Positions 17,301-27,049 of a stretch of DNA of 32,000 bases are shown one piece after another (position 1 is the stretch's first letter; every line of letters starts with the position of its first letter). Under the pieces are notes generated by a model. The model did no database searches. It saw only the letters and a list, made by a program, of their open reading frames with translations, and was not told the origin of the DNA. The stretch is from positions 4,920,001 to 4,952,000 of the forward strand of contig NZ_LN831024.1 of the NCBI RefSeq assembly GCF_001457615.1. Direction: 5' to 3'. This DNA is from Pseudomonas aeruginosa. Its GTDB lineage: Bacteria > Pseudomonadota > Gammaproteobacteria > Pseudomonadales > Pseudomonadaceae. Made by a program: the position numbers and the translations under genes.

Positions 17301-18365
17301 ATGTTCCGCCCACGACTGCTCTTGACCAGCCTCGCCATCGCCCTCGGCGCCTGTTCGCCGCAAGACCCGCAGGCCGTCACCAGTGCCGCCCTGGCGCAAC
17401 AGGTGATCCTGCCGACCTACAGCCGCTGGGTGGAGGCCGACCAGGCCCTGGCCAGCAGCGCCCTGGCCTACTGCCAGGGCAAGGAAGACCTGGCCAAGGC
17501 CCGCGACGCGTTCCACGCCGCGCAGAAGGCCTGGGCCGAGCTGCAACCGCTGCTGATCGGCCCGCTGGCCGAGGGCAACCGCGCCTGGCAGGTGCAGTTC
17601 TGGCCGGACAAGAAGGATCTGGTCGGGCGCCAGGTCGAACAGTTGCTGAAGAACAACCCGCAGGTCGACGCCGCGGCCCTGGCCAAGGCCAGCGTGGTGG
17701 TGCAGGGGCTCTCCGCCTACGAATACATCCTCTTCGACAGCAAGATCGACCTCGCCGACGCCGCCACCAAGGCCCGCTATTGCCCGTTGCTGGAAGCCAT
17801 CGGCACCCACCAGCAGCAACTGGCCCAGGACATCCTGGCGCGCTGGAAGAACGACGGCGGCATGCTCACCCAGATGAGCAAGTTCCCCAACGACCGCTAT
17901 GCCGACGCCCACGAGGCGATCGCCGAGCTGCTGCGGGTCCAGGTCACCGCCCTGGACATGCTGAAGAAGAAACTCGGTACTCCGCTGGGCCGGCAGAGCA
18001 AGGGCATTCCCCAGCCCTACCAGGCCGAGGCCTGGCGCAGCAACGCCTCGCTGGCCAGCCTGGACGCCAGCCTGAGCGGCGCCCAGGCGCTCTGGGAAGG
18101 GATCGACGGCAAGGGCCTGAAGACCCTGCTGCCGGCCGAACAGAAGGCCCTGGCCGGCAAGATCGACGCCGCCTACGCCGACAGCCACGCGAAGCTGGCG
18201 GCGCTGGAACAGAAACCGCTCTCCGAACTGCTCGCCAGCGAAGACGGGCGCAACCAGCTCAACGCCCTCTATGACAGCCTGAACGTGGTCCACCGCCTGC
18301 ACGAAGGCGACCTGGCCCGCGCCCTCGGCGTGCAACTGGGCTTCAACGCCAACGATGGCGACTGA
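17301..18365 (+). CDS. Imelysin-like lipoprotein (second M75-fold paralogue)
   Basis: 354 aa with the SD GAGGAG. The lipobox is IALGAC. It starts 9 nt after the preceding stop and has an imelysin-like helical sequence. Confidence 0.8.
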   Translation: MFRPRLLLTSLAIALGACSPQDPQAVTSAALAQQVILPTYSRWVEADQALASSALAYCQGKEDLAKARDAFHAAQKAWAELQPLLIGPLAEGNRAWQVQFWPDKKDLVGRQVEQLLKNNPQVDAAALAKASVVVQGLSAYEYILFDSKIDLADAATKARYCPLLEAIGTHQQQLAQDILARWKNDGGMLTQMSKFPNDRYADAHEAIAELLRVQVTALDMLKKKLGTPLGRQSKGIPQPYQAEAWRSNASLASLDASLSGAQALWEGIDGKGLKTLLPAEQKALAGKIDAAYADSHAKLAALEQKPLSELLASEDGRNQLNALYDSLNVVHRLHEGDLARALGVQLGFNANDGD

Positions 18366-18375
18366 GGTCGGCACC

Positions 18376-19470
18376 ATGCTGCGACGTCATGTGATCGGCC
18401 TGGGCAGCCTGCTGCTCGGCGCCTTGTCCTTCGGCGGCTGGAGCTTCAGCCGCCAGGGTAGCCAACCGCTGGTGCTGTCGGCGCGCGACGACGCCGATGG
18501 CCAGCATTACGCGGTGGGCTACCGCCTGGACGGCAAGTGCCAGTTCGCCACCCGCGTGGCCCAGCGCTGCCATGACATCGTCCAGCACCCGAGCCTGCCG
18601 CTGGCGCTGTTCGTCGCCCGCCGGCCAGGCACCGAAAGCTACCTGATCGACCTGAACGACGGTCGCCTGCTGCAGACCCTGGTCTCGCAGAAAGACCGCC
18701 ACTTCTACGGCCACGGCGTGTTCCACCAGAGCGGCGAATGGCTCTACGCCACCGAGAACGACACTACCGATCCCGGTCGCGGCGTGCTCGGCGTCTACCG
18801 TTTCGACGGCGAGCGACTGCAGCACAGCGGCGAGATCTCTACTCACGGCCTCGGGCCGCACCAGGTTTCCTGGATGCCCGACGGCGAGACCCTGGTAGTG
18901 GCCAACGGCGGCATTCGCACCGAGGCGGAAAGCCGGGTCGAGATGAACCTCGACGCCATGGAGCCCAGCCTGGTGCTGATGCGCCACGACGGCAACCTGC
19001 TGTCCAAGGAAACCCTGGCGCAGCAGATGAACAGCGTCCGCCACCTGGCGATCGGTCGCGACGGCACCATCGTCGCCGGCCAGCAGTTCATGGGCGATGC
19101 CCACGAACATGCCGACCTGCTGGCGATCAAGCGCCCCGGCTGTCCCTTCGAAGCCTTCCCGGTGGCCGAGGAGCAGCGCCTGGCGATGGCCCAGTACACC
19201 GCCAGCGTGGCGATCCACGACGACCTGCGCCTGGTGGCCCTGACCGCCCCGCGCGGCAACCGTTTCTTCATCTGGGACCTGGACAGCGGTGCCGTACGCC
19301 TCGACGCGCCGTTGCCGGACTGCGCCGGCGTGGGCGCGGTGAAGAACGGCTTCGTCGTCACGTCCGGACAGGGCCGTTGCCGCTTCTACGACTGCCAGGG
19401 CGAGCGCATCGCCGCGCAACCGCTGGAGCTGCCTTCCGGCCTCTGGGACAACCACCTGCACCTGGCCTGA
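18376..19470 (+). CDS. DUF1513 family protein with a Tat-like signal
   Basis: I prefer ATG 18376 (SD GAGG 9 nt upstream) to the tracked 18355. The N-terminus MLRRHVIGLGSLLLGALSFGG has a twin arginine followed by a hydrophobic core. 364 aa. Confidence 0.75.
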   Translation: MLRRHVIGLGSLLLGALSFGGWSFSRQGSQPLVLSARDDADGQHYAVGYRLDGKCQFATRVAQRCHDIVQHPSLPLALFVARRPGTESYLIDLNDGRLLQTLVSQKDRHFYGHGVFHQSGEWLYATENDTTDPGRGVLGVYRFDGERLQHSGEISTHGLGPHQVSWMPDGETLVVANGGIRTEAESRVEMNLDAMEPSLVLMRHDGNLLSKETLAQQMNSVRHLAIGRDGTIVAGQQFMGDAHEHADLLAIKRPGCPFEAFPVAEEQRLAMAQYTASVAIHDDLRLVALTAPRGNRFFIWDLDSGAVRLDAPLPDCAGVGAVKNGFVVTSGQGRCRFYDCQGERIAAQPLELPSGLWDNHLHLA

Positions 19471-19558
19471 GAGCGCGGCATCAACCTCTCGCCATACCGG
19501 TCCGCGAAAGTCGGAAGCGACCTGCAACACGCTTGAAATCTTTCGCCAATCCTGTGCT

Positions 19559-19588
19559 TTGACAAGCCCTGAAAGCTGCACGTAATGT
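19559..19588 (+). promoter_or_regulatory. Sigma-70-type promoter upstream of mexV
   Basis: -35 TTGACA (19559-19564), an 18-nt spacer, then -10 TAATGT (19583-19588). A leader hairpin CGCCCCG-AAA-CGGGGCG follows at 19594-19610. Confidence 0.5.
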
Positions 19589-19639
19589 GTCGGATTCGCC
19601 CCGAAACGGGGCGCTCTCGGCATACCAGGGACCAGGATT

Positions 19640-20770
19640 ATGTTGCTCCGCCGCATGTTGATCATGCTCGCCGCGGTGATCGCAGTGGTGGCGATTCTCG
19701 CCGGCTACAAGGTCTACTCCATCCGTCAGCAGATCGCCCTTTTCAGCGCACCGAAACCGCCGATCAGCGTGACCGCCAGCCTGGCCGAAAAGCGTCCCTG
19801 GCAGAGCCGCCTGCCAGCCATCGGCAGCCTCAAGGCATTCCAGGGCGTGACCCTCACCGCCGAAGTCTCCGGCACGGTACGCGACGTACTGTTCCTTTCC
19901 GGCGACCAGGTGAAGCTGGACCAACCGCTGATCCAGTTGGAAAGCGACGTCGAGGAAGCCACCCTGCGCACTGCCGAGGCCGATCTCGGCCTGGCCAGGG
20001 CCGAGTACCAGCGCGGCCGCGAACTGATCGGCAGCAAGGCCATCTCGAAAAGCGAATTCGATCGTCTCGCCGCGCAGTGGGCCAAGACCAGCGCCACCGT
20101 CGCCGAGCTGAAGGCGGCGCTGGCGAAGAAGCGCGTGCTCGCGCCCTTCGCCGGGACCATCGGCATCCGCCAGGTGGACGTCGGCGACTACGTCTCGCCC
20201 GGGACGCCGATCGCCACCTTGCAGGACCTTTCCACCCTGCTCCTGGATTTCCACCTGCCCGAGCAGGACTTCCCCCTGCTCAGCCGCGGCCAGCTGGTGA
20301 AGGTCCGGGTCGCCGCCTACCCCGGCCAGGTGTTCGACGCCGAGATCGCCGCCATCAACCCCAAGGTCGACAACGAGACCCGCAACCTGCAGGTCCGCGC
20401 TACCCTGGAGAACCCGGACGGCAAGCTGCTGCCGGGCATGTTCGCCAACCTCGAGGTGATGTTGCCTGGCGAGGAACAACGCGTCGTGGTGCCGGAGACG
20501 GCGATCACCTTCACCCTCTACGGCGACTCGATCTACGTCGTCGGGCAGAAGAAGGACGAGCAGGGCCAGGTGTCGAAGGATGACAAGGGCCAGCCGCAAC
20601 GGGTCGTCGAGCGCCGCTTCGTCAGGATCGGCGAACGCCGCGAAGGCCTGGCGGTGGTGCTCGAAGGCCTGGAGGGCGGCGAGCAGGTAGTGACTTCCGG
20701 GCAACTGAAGCTCGACAACGGCGCCGCGGTGGCCATCGTCGCCGAGCGGGACCTCCAGCAAGAGCACTGA
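19640..20770 (+). CDS. mexV: RND efflux membrane fusion (periplasmic adaptor) protein
   Basis: 376 aa. It has an N-terminal membrane anchor and HlyD/MFP-type lipoyl and beta-barrel sequence. It lies directly upstream of an RND pump. Symbol from recollection of mexVW. Confidence 0.9.
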   Translation: MLLRRMLIMLAAVIAVVAILAGYKVYSIRQQIALFSAPKPPISVTASLAEKRPWQSRLPAIGSLKAFQGVTLTAEVSGTVRDVLFLSGDQVKLDQPLIQLESDVEEATLRTAEADLGLARAEYQRGRELIGSKAISKSEFDRLAAQWAKTSATVAELKAALAKKRVLAPFAGTIGIRQVDVGDYVSPGTPIATLQDLSTLLLDFHLPEQDFPLLSRGQLVKVRVAAYPGQVFDAEIAAINPKVDNETRNLQVRATLENPDGKLLPGMFANLEVMLPGEEQRVVVPETAITFTLYGDSIYVVGQKKDEQGQVSKDDKGQPQRVVERRFVRIGERREGLAVVLEGLEGGEQVVTSGQLKLDNGAAVAIVAERDLQQEH

Positions 20771-20820
20771 GTCGCGCGCCTTCCCACTCCGTGGCGGAAG
20801 GCTTGCCAAGGGACTGAAAC

Positions 20821-23800
20821 ATGGCTTTTACCGATCCGTTCATCCGTCGTCCGGTCCTGGCGAGCGTGGTCAGCCTGCTGATCGTCCTGCTCGGCATGCA
20901 GGCCTTCAGCAAGCTGGTGATCCGCGAGTATCCGCAAATGGAGAACGCGCTGATCACGGTGACCACGCTCTACGCCGGCGCCAACGCGGAAACCATCCAG
21001 GGCTACATCACCCAGCCGCTGCAGCAGAGCCTGGCCAGCGCCGAAGGCATCGACTACATGACCTCGGTGAGCCGGCAGAACTATTCGACCATCTCCATCT
21101 ACGCGCGGATCGGCGCCAATACCGATCGCCTGGTCACCGAGCTGCTGGCCAAGTCCAACGAAGTGAAGAGCCAGCTGCCGCCGGACGCCGAGGACCCGGT
21201 GCTGCAGAAGGAGGCCGCGGACGCCTCGGCGCTGATGTACATCAGCTTCTACAGCGAGCAGATGAACAACCCGCAGATCACCGACTACCTGTCGCGGGTG
21301 ATCCAGCCCAAGCTGGCGACCCTGCCCGGTATCGCCGAGGCGGAGATCCTCGGCAACCAGGTGTTCGCCATGCGCCTGTGGCTGGACCCGGTGAAGATGG
21401 CCGCGTTCGGCGTCACCGCCGGCGAGATCAACCAGGCGGTGCAGCAGTACAACTTCCTCGCCGCCGCCGGCGAGGTGAAGGGCCAGTTGGTGGTCACCAG
21501 CGTCAATGCTTCCACCGACCTCAAGTCGCCCCAGGCCTTCGCCGCCATCCCGGTGAAGACCGACGGCGACCGCCGGGTGCTGATGGGTGATGTCGCACGG
21601 GTCGAACTGGGCGCCGCCAGCTACGACGCGATCAGTTCGTTCAATGGGATTCCCTCGGTCTACATCGGCATCAAGGGCACGCCCAGCGCCAACCCGCTGG
21701 ACGTGATCAAGGAAGTGCGGGCGAAGATGCCCGAACTGGAAGAGCAATTGCCGCCCAACCTCAAGGTGTCCATCGCCTACGACGCCACGCGCTTCATTCA
21801 GGCCTCCATCGATGAAGTGGTGAAGACCCTCGGCGAGGCGGTGCTGATCGTCATCGTGGTGGTGTTCCTGTTCCTCGGCGCGTTCCGTTCGGTACTGATC
21901 CCGGTGGTGACCATTCCGCTGTCGATGATCGGCGTATTGTTCTTCATGCAGGCCATGGGCTACTCGATCAACCTGCTGACCCTGCTGGCGATGGTCCTGG
22001 CCATCGGCCTGGTGGTGGACGACGCGATCGTGGTGGTGGAAAACATCCACCGCCACATCGAGGAGGGCAAGCCGCCCTTCGAGGCTGCCCTGGAGGGCGC
22101 GCGGGAGATCGCCGTACCGGTGGTCAGCATGACCATCACCCTCGCCGCGGTCTACGCGCCGATCGGCTTCCTCACCGGCCTCACCGGCGCCCTGTTCAAG
22201 GAGTTCGCCTTCACCCTGGCCGGCGCGGTGATCATTTCCGGGATCGTCGCCCTGACCCTGTCGCCGATGATGTGCTCGCGCCTGTTGCGCCACGAGGAGA
22301 ATCCCTCGGGCCTGGCGCATCGCCTCGACCTGATCTTCGAGGGCCTGAAGCAACGCTACCAGCGCGCCCTCCACGGCACCCTGGACACCCGTCCGGTGGT
22401 CCTGGTGTTCGCCGTGCTGGTACTGGCGCTGATCCCGGTGCTGCTGATGTTCACCAAGAAGGAGCTGGCGCCGGAAGAGGACCAGGGCATCGTGTTCCTC
22501 ATGACCAACTCGCCGCAAACCGCCAACCTCGACTACCTGAATCGCTACACCGCCGAGTTCGAAGGCATCTTCCGCAGCTTCCCGGAGTATTACTCGGCGT
22601 TCCAGATCAACGGCTACAACGGCGTCCAGGCCGGCATCGGCGGCATGCTGCTCAAGCCCTGGGACGAACGCGAAAAGAGCCAGATGGAATTGCTCCATGT
22701 GGTGCAGGCGAAGCTCAACGAGATTCCCGGCGTGCAGATCTTCGCCTTCAACCTGCCGTCGCTACCGGGCACCGGCGAGGGCCTGCCATTCCAGTTCGTG
22801 CTCAACACCGCCAACGACTACGAGTCGCTGCTGCAAGTGGCGCAACGGGTGAAGCAGCGCGCCAGCGAGTCCGGCAAGTTCGCCTTCCTCGATCTCGACC
22901 TGGCGTTCGACAAACCCGAGCTGGTGGTCGACATCGACCGCGAGAAGGCCGCGCAGATGGGCGTCTCCATGCAGGACCTGGGGGTGGCGCTGGCCAGCCT
23001 GCTCGGCGAGGGCGAGATCAACCGCTTCACCATCGACGGGCGCAGCTACAAGGTCATCGCCCAGGTCGAACGCCCCTATCGCGACAATCCCGGCTGGCTC
23101 GGCAGCTACTACGTGAAGAGCCGCAACGGCCAACTGGTCGCCCTCTCGACCCTGATCGAGACCCACGAACGGGCACGGCCACGGCAACTGAACCAGTTCC
23201 AGCAGCTCAACTCGGCGATCATCTCCGGCTTCCCCATCGTCAGCATGGGCGAGGCCATCGAGACGGTTCAGCAGATCGCCCGCGAGGAAGCCCCGCGTGG
23301 CTTCGCCGTCGACTACGCCGGCGCTTCCCGGCAATACGTGCAGGAAGGCAGCGCATTGCTGGTCACCTTCGGACTGGCCCTGGCGATCATCTTCCTGGTC
23401 CTCGCCGCACAGTTCGAAAGCTTCCGCGATCCGCTGGTGATCATGGTCACCGTGCCGCTGTCGATCTGCGGTGCGCTGATACCGCTGTTCCTCGGCGTGT
23501 CGAGCCTGAACATCTATACCCAGGTCGGCCTGGTGACACTGATCGGCCTGATCAGCAAACACGGCATCCTGATCGTCGAGTTCGCCAACCAGTTGCGCCA
23601 CGAACAGGGGCTGGGGCGTCGCGAGGCCATCGAGCAGGCCGCCGCGATCCGCCTGCGGCCAGTACTGATGACCACCGCGGCGATGGTGCTCGGGGTGATC
23701 CCGCTGATCCTCGCCACCGGCGCCGGGGCGGTCAGTCGCTTCGACATCGGCATCGTGATCGCGACCGGCATGTCGGTGGGCACCCTCTTCACCCTGTTCG

Positions 23801-23877
23801 TCCTGCCGTGCATCTACACCCTGGTGGCCAGGCCGGATGCCCCGCCAGGCGTGACGCAAGCGGCCAACGCACACTGA
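20821..23877 (+). CDS. mexW: RND multidrug efflux transporter (AcrB/MexB family)
   Basis: 1018 aa with the 12-TM RND architecture, including the motifs [17 protein letters not shown] and [15 protein letters not shown]. No outer-membrane factor gene follows. Confidence 0.93.
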   Translation: MAFTDPFIRRPVLASVVSLLIVLLGMQAFSKLVIREYPQMENALITVTTLYAGANAETIQGYITQPLQQSLASAEGIDYMTSVSRQNYSTISIYARIGANTDRLVTELLAKSNEVKSQLPPDAEDPVLQKEAADASALMYISFYSEQMNNPQITDYLSRVIQPKLATLPGIAEAEILGNQVFAMRLWLDPVKMAAFGVTAGEINQAVQQYNFLAAAGEVKGQLVVTSVNASTDLKSPQAFAAIPVKTDGDRRVLMGDVARVELGAASYDAISSFNGIPSVYIGIKGTPSANPLDVIKEVRAKMPELEEQLPPNLKVSIAYDATRFIQASIDEVVKTLGEAVLIVIVVVFLFLGAFRSVLIPVVTIPLSMIGVLFFMQAMGYSINLLTLLAMVLAIGLVVDDAIVVVENIHRHIEEGKPPFEAALEGAREIAVPVVSMTITLAAVYAPIGFLTGLTGALFKEFAFTLAGAVIISGIVALTLSPMMCSRLLRHEENPSGLAHRLDLIFEGLKQRYQRALHGTLDTRPVVLVFAVLVLALIPVLLMFTKKELAPEEDQGIVFLMTNSPQTANLDYLNRYTAEFEGIFRSFPEYYSAFQINGYNGVQAGIGGMLLKPWDEREKSQMELLHVVQAKLNEIPGVQIFAFNLPSLPGTGEGLPFQFVLNTANDYESLLQVAQRVKQRASESGKFAFLDLDLAFDKPELVVDIDREKAAQMGVSMQDLGVALASLLGEGEINRFTIDGRSYKVIAQVERPYRDNPGWLGSYYVKSRNGQLVALSTLIETHERARPRQLNQFQQLNSAIISGFPIVSMGEAIETVQQIAREEAPRGFAVDYAGASRQYVQEGSALLVTFGLALAIIFLVLAAQFESFRDPLVIMVTVPLSICGALIPLFLGVSSLNIYTQVGLVTLIGLISKHGILIVEFANQLRHEQGLGRREAIEQAAAIRLRPVLMTTAAMVLGVIPLILATGAGAVSRFDIGIVIATGMSVGTLFTLFVLPCIYTLVARPDAPPGVTQAANAH

Positions 23878-23885
23878 TCGGAAAC

Positions 23886-23914
23886 GGCGGACAGCGACAA
23901 CAGCGCTGTCCGCC
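23886..23914 (+). terminator. Hairpin downstream of mexW (terminator-like, no U tract)
   Basis: A perfect 11-bp stem, GGCGGACAGCG (23886-23896) / CGCTGTCCGCC (23904-23914), with loop ACAACAG. Confidence 0.45.
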
Positions 23915-24014
23915 GGCGCTGTCGCCCCATCCCACAGCCCTCCGGGCGCGATCCTATGTCCGCCGGCAGCCGCCTCCAGTAGACTGCCCGCTGAAACGCA
24001 GTGGTGAGACGAGC

Positions 24015-25211
24015 ATGGCCGAGAGCGCTTTTTCCGAACGTATCGTGCAGAACCTGCTGGATACCGACTTCTACAAGCTGACCATGATGCAGGCGGTGCT
24101 GCACAACTATCCCAACGCCGAGGTGGAGTGGGAGTTCCGCTGCCGCAACCAGGAAGACCTGCGCCTGTACCTGCCGGCCATCCGCGAACAGCTGGAATAC
24201 CTGGCGGGCCTGGCGATCAGCGACGAGCAACTGGCCTTCCTCGAACGGATTCCCTTCCTGGCGCCGGACTTCATCCGCTTCCTCGGGTTGTTCCGCTTCA
24301 ACCCGCGCTACGTGCAGACCGGCATCGAGAACGACGAATTCTTCCTGCGCCTGAAAGGTCCCTGGCTGCACGTGATCCTCTTCGAAGTGCCGCTGCTGGC
24401 GATGATCAGCGAGGTGCGCAACCGCGCCCGCTACCCGGCCGCCACCGTCGAGCAGGCGCGCGAACGCCTGCAGGAAAAGTTCGATTGGCTGCGCCGGGAG
24501 GCCAGCGCCGAGGAACTGGCCGGCTTCAAGATGGCCGACTTCGGTACCCGCCGCCGCTTCTCCTATCGGGTCCACGAGGCGGTGGTGAGCGGTCTGAAGG
24601 AGGACTTTCCGGGCTGCTTCGTCGGCACCAGCAACGTCCACCTGGCACGCAAGCTCGACCTCAAGCCCCTCGGCACCATGGCCCACGAATGGCTGATGGC
24701 CCACCAGCAGCTCGGTCCGCGCCTGATCGACAGCCAGAGTGCCGCGTTGGACTGCTGGGTCCGCGAATACCGTGGGCTGCTCGGCATCGCGCTGACCGAC
24801 TGCATCACCACCGATGCCTTCCTGCGCGACTTCGACCTCTATTTCGCCAAGCTCTTCGACGGCCTCCGCCACGACTCGGGCGACCCATTGCTGTGGGCGG
24901 AAAAGACCATCGCCCACTACCTCAAGCTGGGCATCGACCCGCTGACCAAGACCCTGGTGTTCTCCGACGGCCTCGACCTGCCACGGGCCCTGAAGATCTA
25001 TCGCGCGCTGCAGGGCCGGATCAACGTCAGCTTCGGCATAGGCACGCATTTCACCTGCGACCTGCCGGGCGTCGAGCCGATGAACATCGTGGTGAAGATG
25101 AGCGCCTGCAACGGCCATCCGGTGGCGAAGATCTCCGATACGCCCGGCAAGGCGCAATGCCAGGACCCTGACTTCATCCACTACCTCAAGCACGTGTTCC
25201 AGGTCGCCTAG
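24015..25211 (+). CDS. pncB: Nicotinate phosphoribosyltransferase
   Basis: ATG at 24015 ([28 protein letters not shown]...), 398 aa. The tracked 979-aa ORF is an artefactual upstream extension through mexW. PncB-type motifs FGTRRRFS and GTMAHEW are present. Confidence 0.92.
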   Translation: MAESAFSERIVQNLLDTDFYKLTMMQAVLHNYPNAEVEWEFRCRNQEDLRLYLPAIREQLEYLAGLAISDEQLAFLERIPFLAPDFIRFLGLFRFNPRYVQTGIENDEFFLRLKGPWLHVILFEVPLLAMISEVRNRARYPAATVEQARERLQEKFDWLRREASAEELAGFKMADFGTRRRFSYRVHEAVVSGLKEDFPGCFVGTSNVHLARKLDLKPLGTMAHEWLMAHQQLGPRLIDSQSAALDCWVREYRGLLGIALTDCITTDAFLRDFDLYFAKLFDGLRHDSGDPLLWAEKTIAHYLKLGIDPLTKTLVFSDGLDLPRALKIYRALQGRINVSFGIGTHFTCDLPGVEPMNIVVKMSACNGHPVAKISDTPGKAQCQDPDFIHYLKHVFQVA

Positions 25212-25295
25212 GGCAAGCCTGGCGCGCCGCGGCAAGGTGGCGCATGAGGCCTGGTCCTTATTCGGCCCATGCCTCCGACGATCTCATCGCCCATG

Positions 25296-25323
25296 AAAAA
25301 GCCCCGCCAAGGCGGGGCTTTTT
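25296..25323. terminator. Bidirectional rho-independent terminator
   Basis: AAAAA, then GCCCCGCC (25301-25308), AA, GGCGGGGC (25311-25318), then TTTTT. It sits between convergent pncB and the 80-aa gene. Confidence 0.9.
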
Positions 25324-25335
25324 CGACAAGGAGAC

Positions 25336-25578
25336 TCAGCGCGACAGGCTGGCTCCCCCCTGGGAAAGACCGAACATCAGCAGCAGGATGTCCTTGTTCG
25401 GCTGGACCTCCTGGCGCGTCGGCCGCTCGGCCTTGAGCGCCGAAGGCGTCGGGCAGTACTCATGACCGCCGCTCATCTGCACCACGTTCGGCGCGGGTTC
25501 GTGCCAGGCGGCAGCCGCGGCTGTAGCCACGGCGAGAGCGCCGACCAGCAACAAACCTCGAGTGATTTCTAATTTCAT
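25336..25578 (-). CDS. Small secreted or membrane-associated protein (80 aa), unknown function
   Basis: ATG at 25578 overlaps the inaA stop as ATGA (25575-25578). The signal-like N-terminus is MKLEITRGLLLVGALAVATAAAAAW. There is a single Cys and a hydrophobic C-terminal patch, ILLLMFGL. Confidence 0.65.
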   Translation of the reverse strand: MKLEITRGLLLVGALAVATAAAAAWHEPAPNVVQMSGGHEYCPTPSALKAERPTRQEVQPNKDILLLMFGLSQGGASLSR

Positions 25579-26279
25579 GTCTGCAACCCTTTGATGGCGC
25601 TGCCAAACGCCGTCTGGTAACCATAGATGAAGGCTTGCCACTGCGCGCCAGTCCACGACGAACGGCGCTTCAACTGCTTCAGGTCGTGCTGGGACGCCTT
25701 GTTCACCGTAAGGCGGCGGCGGCTCTTCTCCAGGTCGATCAGCGCTACTTCGATGGCCTCACCCTCGACGCGGACGAAGATGTGCTTCGGATAGAGACAA
25801 CCGTGCTGCCAGTGGGCGAGATTCATCCGGGCAATGGTAGCGCCGATTTGTTGCAGAATTCTTTGGTGCTTCGCTTCGCCCCAGCGGTCCTGGTCACCGC
25901 GCGCATAGCACTCGTCGAGGCTGGAGAAACCCTCCAGGGCTTCGGTCACCAGCAGCGCCTGCCATTGCCCGTCGACCTTGCGGCAGCCGGAATAGACCAG
26001 GCGCGGCACGCGTATACCGAGCGACTCGAAGGCCCGTAGCGCATCGCGCTCGCGCATGGCGGTGGGATAGCCGAAAGGGCGCTGCCAGTCGCGGTAGACG
26101 TGGCCGGTCTGCTGCTTGCGATAGAGCAGCCGTCCATCGCCGGTGTACACCCGCTGCACGCCGCTGGCCCCGCCACGGCGCTCGTTGGGCTCCTCGACCC
26201 AGCTGCCGGGTACCTGCAACCACTGGTCGATGGCGGAGTCGCCGGAGATACGTTGCAGGGATGCCAGATCGGGAGCCAT
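25575..26279 (-). CDS. inaA: Lipopolysaccharide kinase (Kdo/WaaP) family protein, InaA-like
   Basis: Start at ATG 26279 (SD AAGGAA), 2 nt after the methyltransferase stop. 234 aa. It has kinase-like motifs: RVYTGDGRLLYRKQQ, HGCLYPKHIFV and LIDLEKS. Confidence 0.85.
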   Translation of the reverse strand: MAPDLASLQRISGDSAIDQWLQVPGSWVEEPNERRGGASGVQRVYTGDGRLLYRKQQTGHVYRDWQRPFGYPTAMRERDALRAFESLGIRVPRLVYSGCRKVDGQWQALLVTEALEGFSSLDECYARGDQDRWGEAKHQRILQQIGATIARMNLAHWQHGCLYPKHIFVRVEGEAIEVALIDLEKSRRRLTVNKASQHDLKQLKRRSSWTGAQWQAFIYGYQTAFGSAIKGLQT

Positions 26280-26281
26280 CG

Positions 26282-26965
26282 TTATTCCTTTCGCAAGATA
26301 TAGACCCGCCACATGTGATACAGCGGGATGAAATCGAGATGCTTCTGGACGACGAAGCCGGCGTCGCGGAACTCGCGCTCGACCGTTTCGGCTGGTAATA
26401 CGAAGCGGTTCTGGTAGCCGGTCTGTTCCCCGTTCGCTACCCGCCGTGCCTCCATGCGCCTACGCTTCCAGGCCTTGAAATTGCCATCGACCCAGAGGGA
26501 AAGGATCACGCTGTCCCGCGTGACCCGGTGAAACTCGCGGAGCAGGACGCGTCGATCGTCCGCCTCGCCGATGTGGTGGAGCAGCCGCATGCAGAAGATA
26601 TTGTCCACCGAGCTGTCCGGCAGGTCGATGGCGAAAGCGGAAGTCTGCAAGGGCCGTACCCGTTTCACCACACCGTCCGGCTGGCCGGCGCAGGCGACCG
26701 CCAGCATGTCCGCGGAATTGTCGGCGCCGATGATCACCCGGTTGTCCTTTTCCGCCAGCAGCGGCCAGAAGCGTCCGGCGCCGCAGGGCAGGTCGAGCAC
26801 CAGGTTGGGCTGCCCCGCGAGCTTCAGCGCGTGCCGGGCGAGTTGGACGTCGCGCCGGTGGGAAAGTTTCCGGGCGAGGCCGTCCTGATGCTTCTTCAGG
26901 TAGGCCTCAGCATGCTCGCGATCATACTTGTGAGAAAAGTCGAGGTCGACAGGCGGATTGTTCAT
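26282..26965 (-). CDS. Class I SAM-dependent methyltransferase
   Basis: I prefer ATG 26965 (GGAG 8 nt upstream) to the tracked 26986. It has SAM motif I, VLDLPCGAGRF, and motif II-like DNIFCMRLLHH. 227 aa. Confidence 0.85.
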   Translation of the reverse strand: MNNPPVDLDFSHKYDREHAEAYLKKHQDGLARKLSHRRDVQLARHALKLAGQPNLVLDLPCGAGRFWPLLAEKDNRVIIGADNSADMLAVACAGQPDGVVKRVRPLQTSAFAIDLPDSSVDNIFCMRLLHHIGEADDRRVLLREFHRVTRDSVILSLWVDGNFKAWKRRRMEARRVANGEQTGYQNRFVLPAETVEREFRDAGFVVQKHLDFIPLYHMWRVYILRKE

Positions 26966-27010
26966 GACGGGAACTCCAGGATTCATGAGACGAACGGTAT
27001 GAATCCAGCC

Positions 27011-27049
27011 GTCAAGCTCGGGTCAAGGGGTGGTGAATTTTTCGTCAAG
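27011..27049. repeat. Three phased GTCAAG (minus strand CTTGAC) hexamers plus a T5 tract, between colS and the envelope operon
   Basis: GTCAAG occurs at 27011-27016, 27022-27027 and 27044-27049, with spacings of 11 and 22 bp. GTGAATTTTTC lies between the second and third copies. The third copy overlaps the colS stop codon (27045-27047). Confidence 0.6.

Noticed and set aside
14266-19545. An identical 11-mer, AAATCTTTCGC, in the icmP operator (14266-14276) and upstream of the mexV promoter (19535-19545), suggesting a shared regulator.
   Set aside because: A single 11-mer match between about 3 kb of intergenic DNA is close to chance expectation. The mexV copy lacks the flanking dyad (AATGC/GCATT). 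I kept it only as a note.
22272-24014. The apparent 979-aa ORF that fuses part of mexW to pncB.
   Set aside because: Only the segment from ATG 24015 onward shows PncB homology. The upstream part is an alternative frame of mexW that happens to lack stops.
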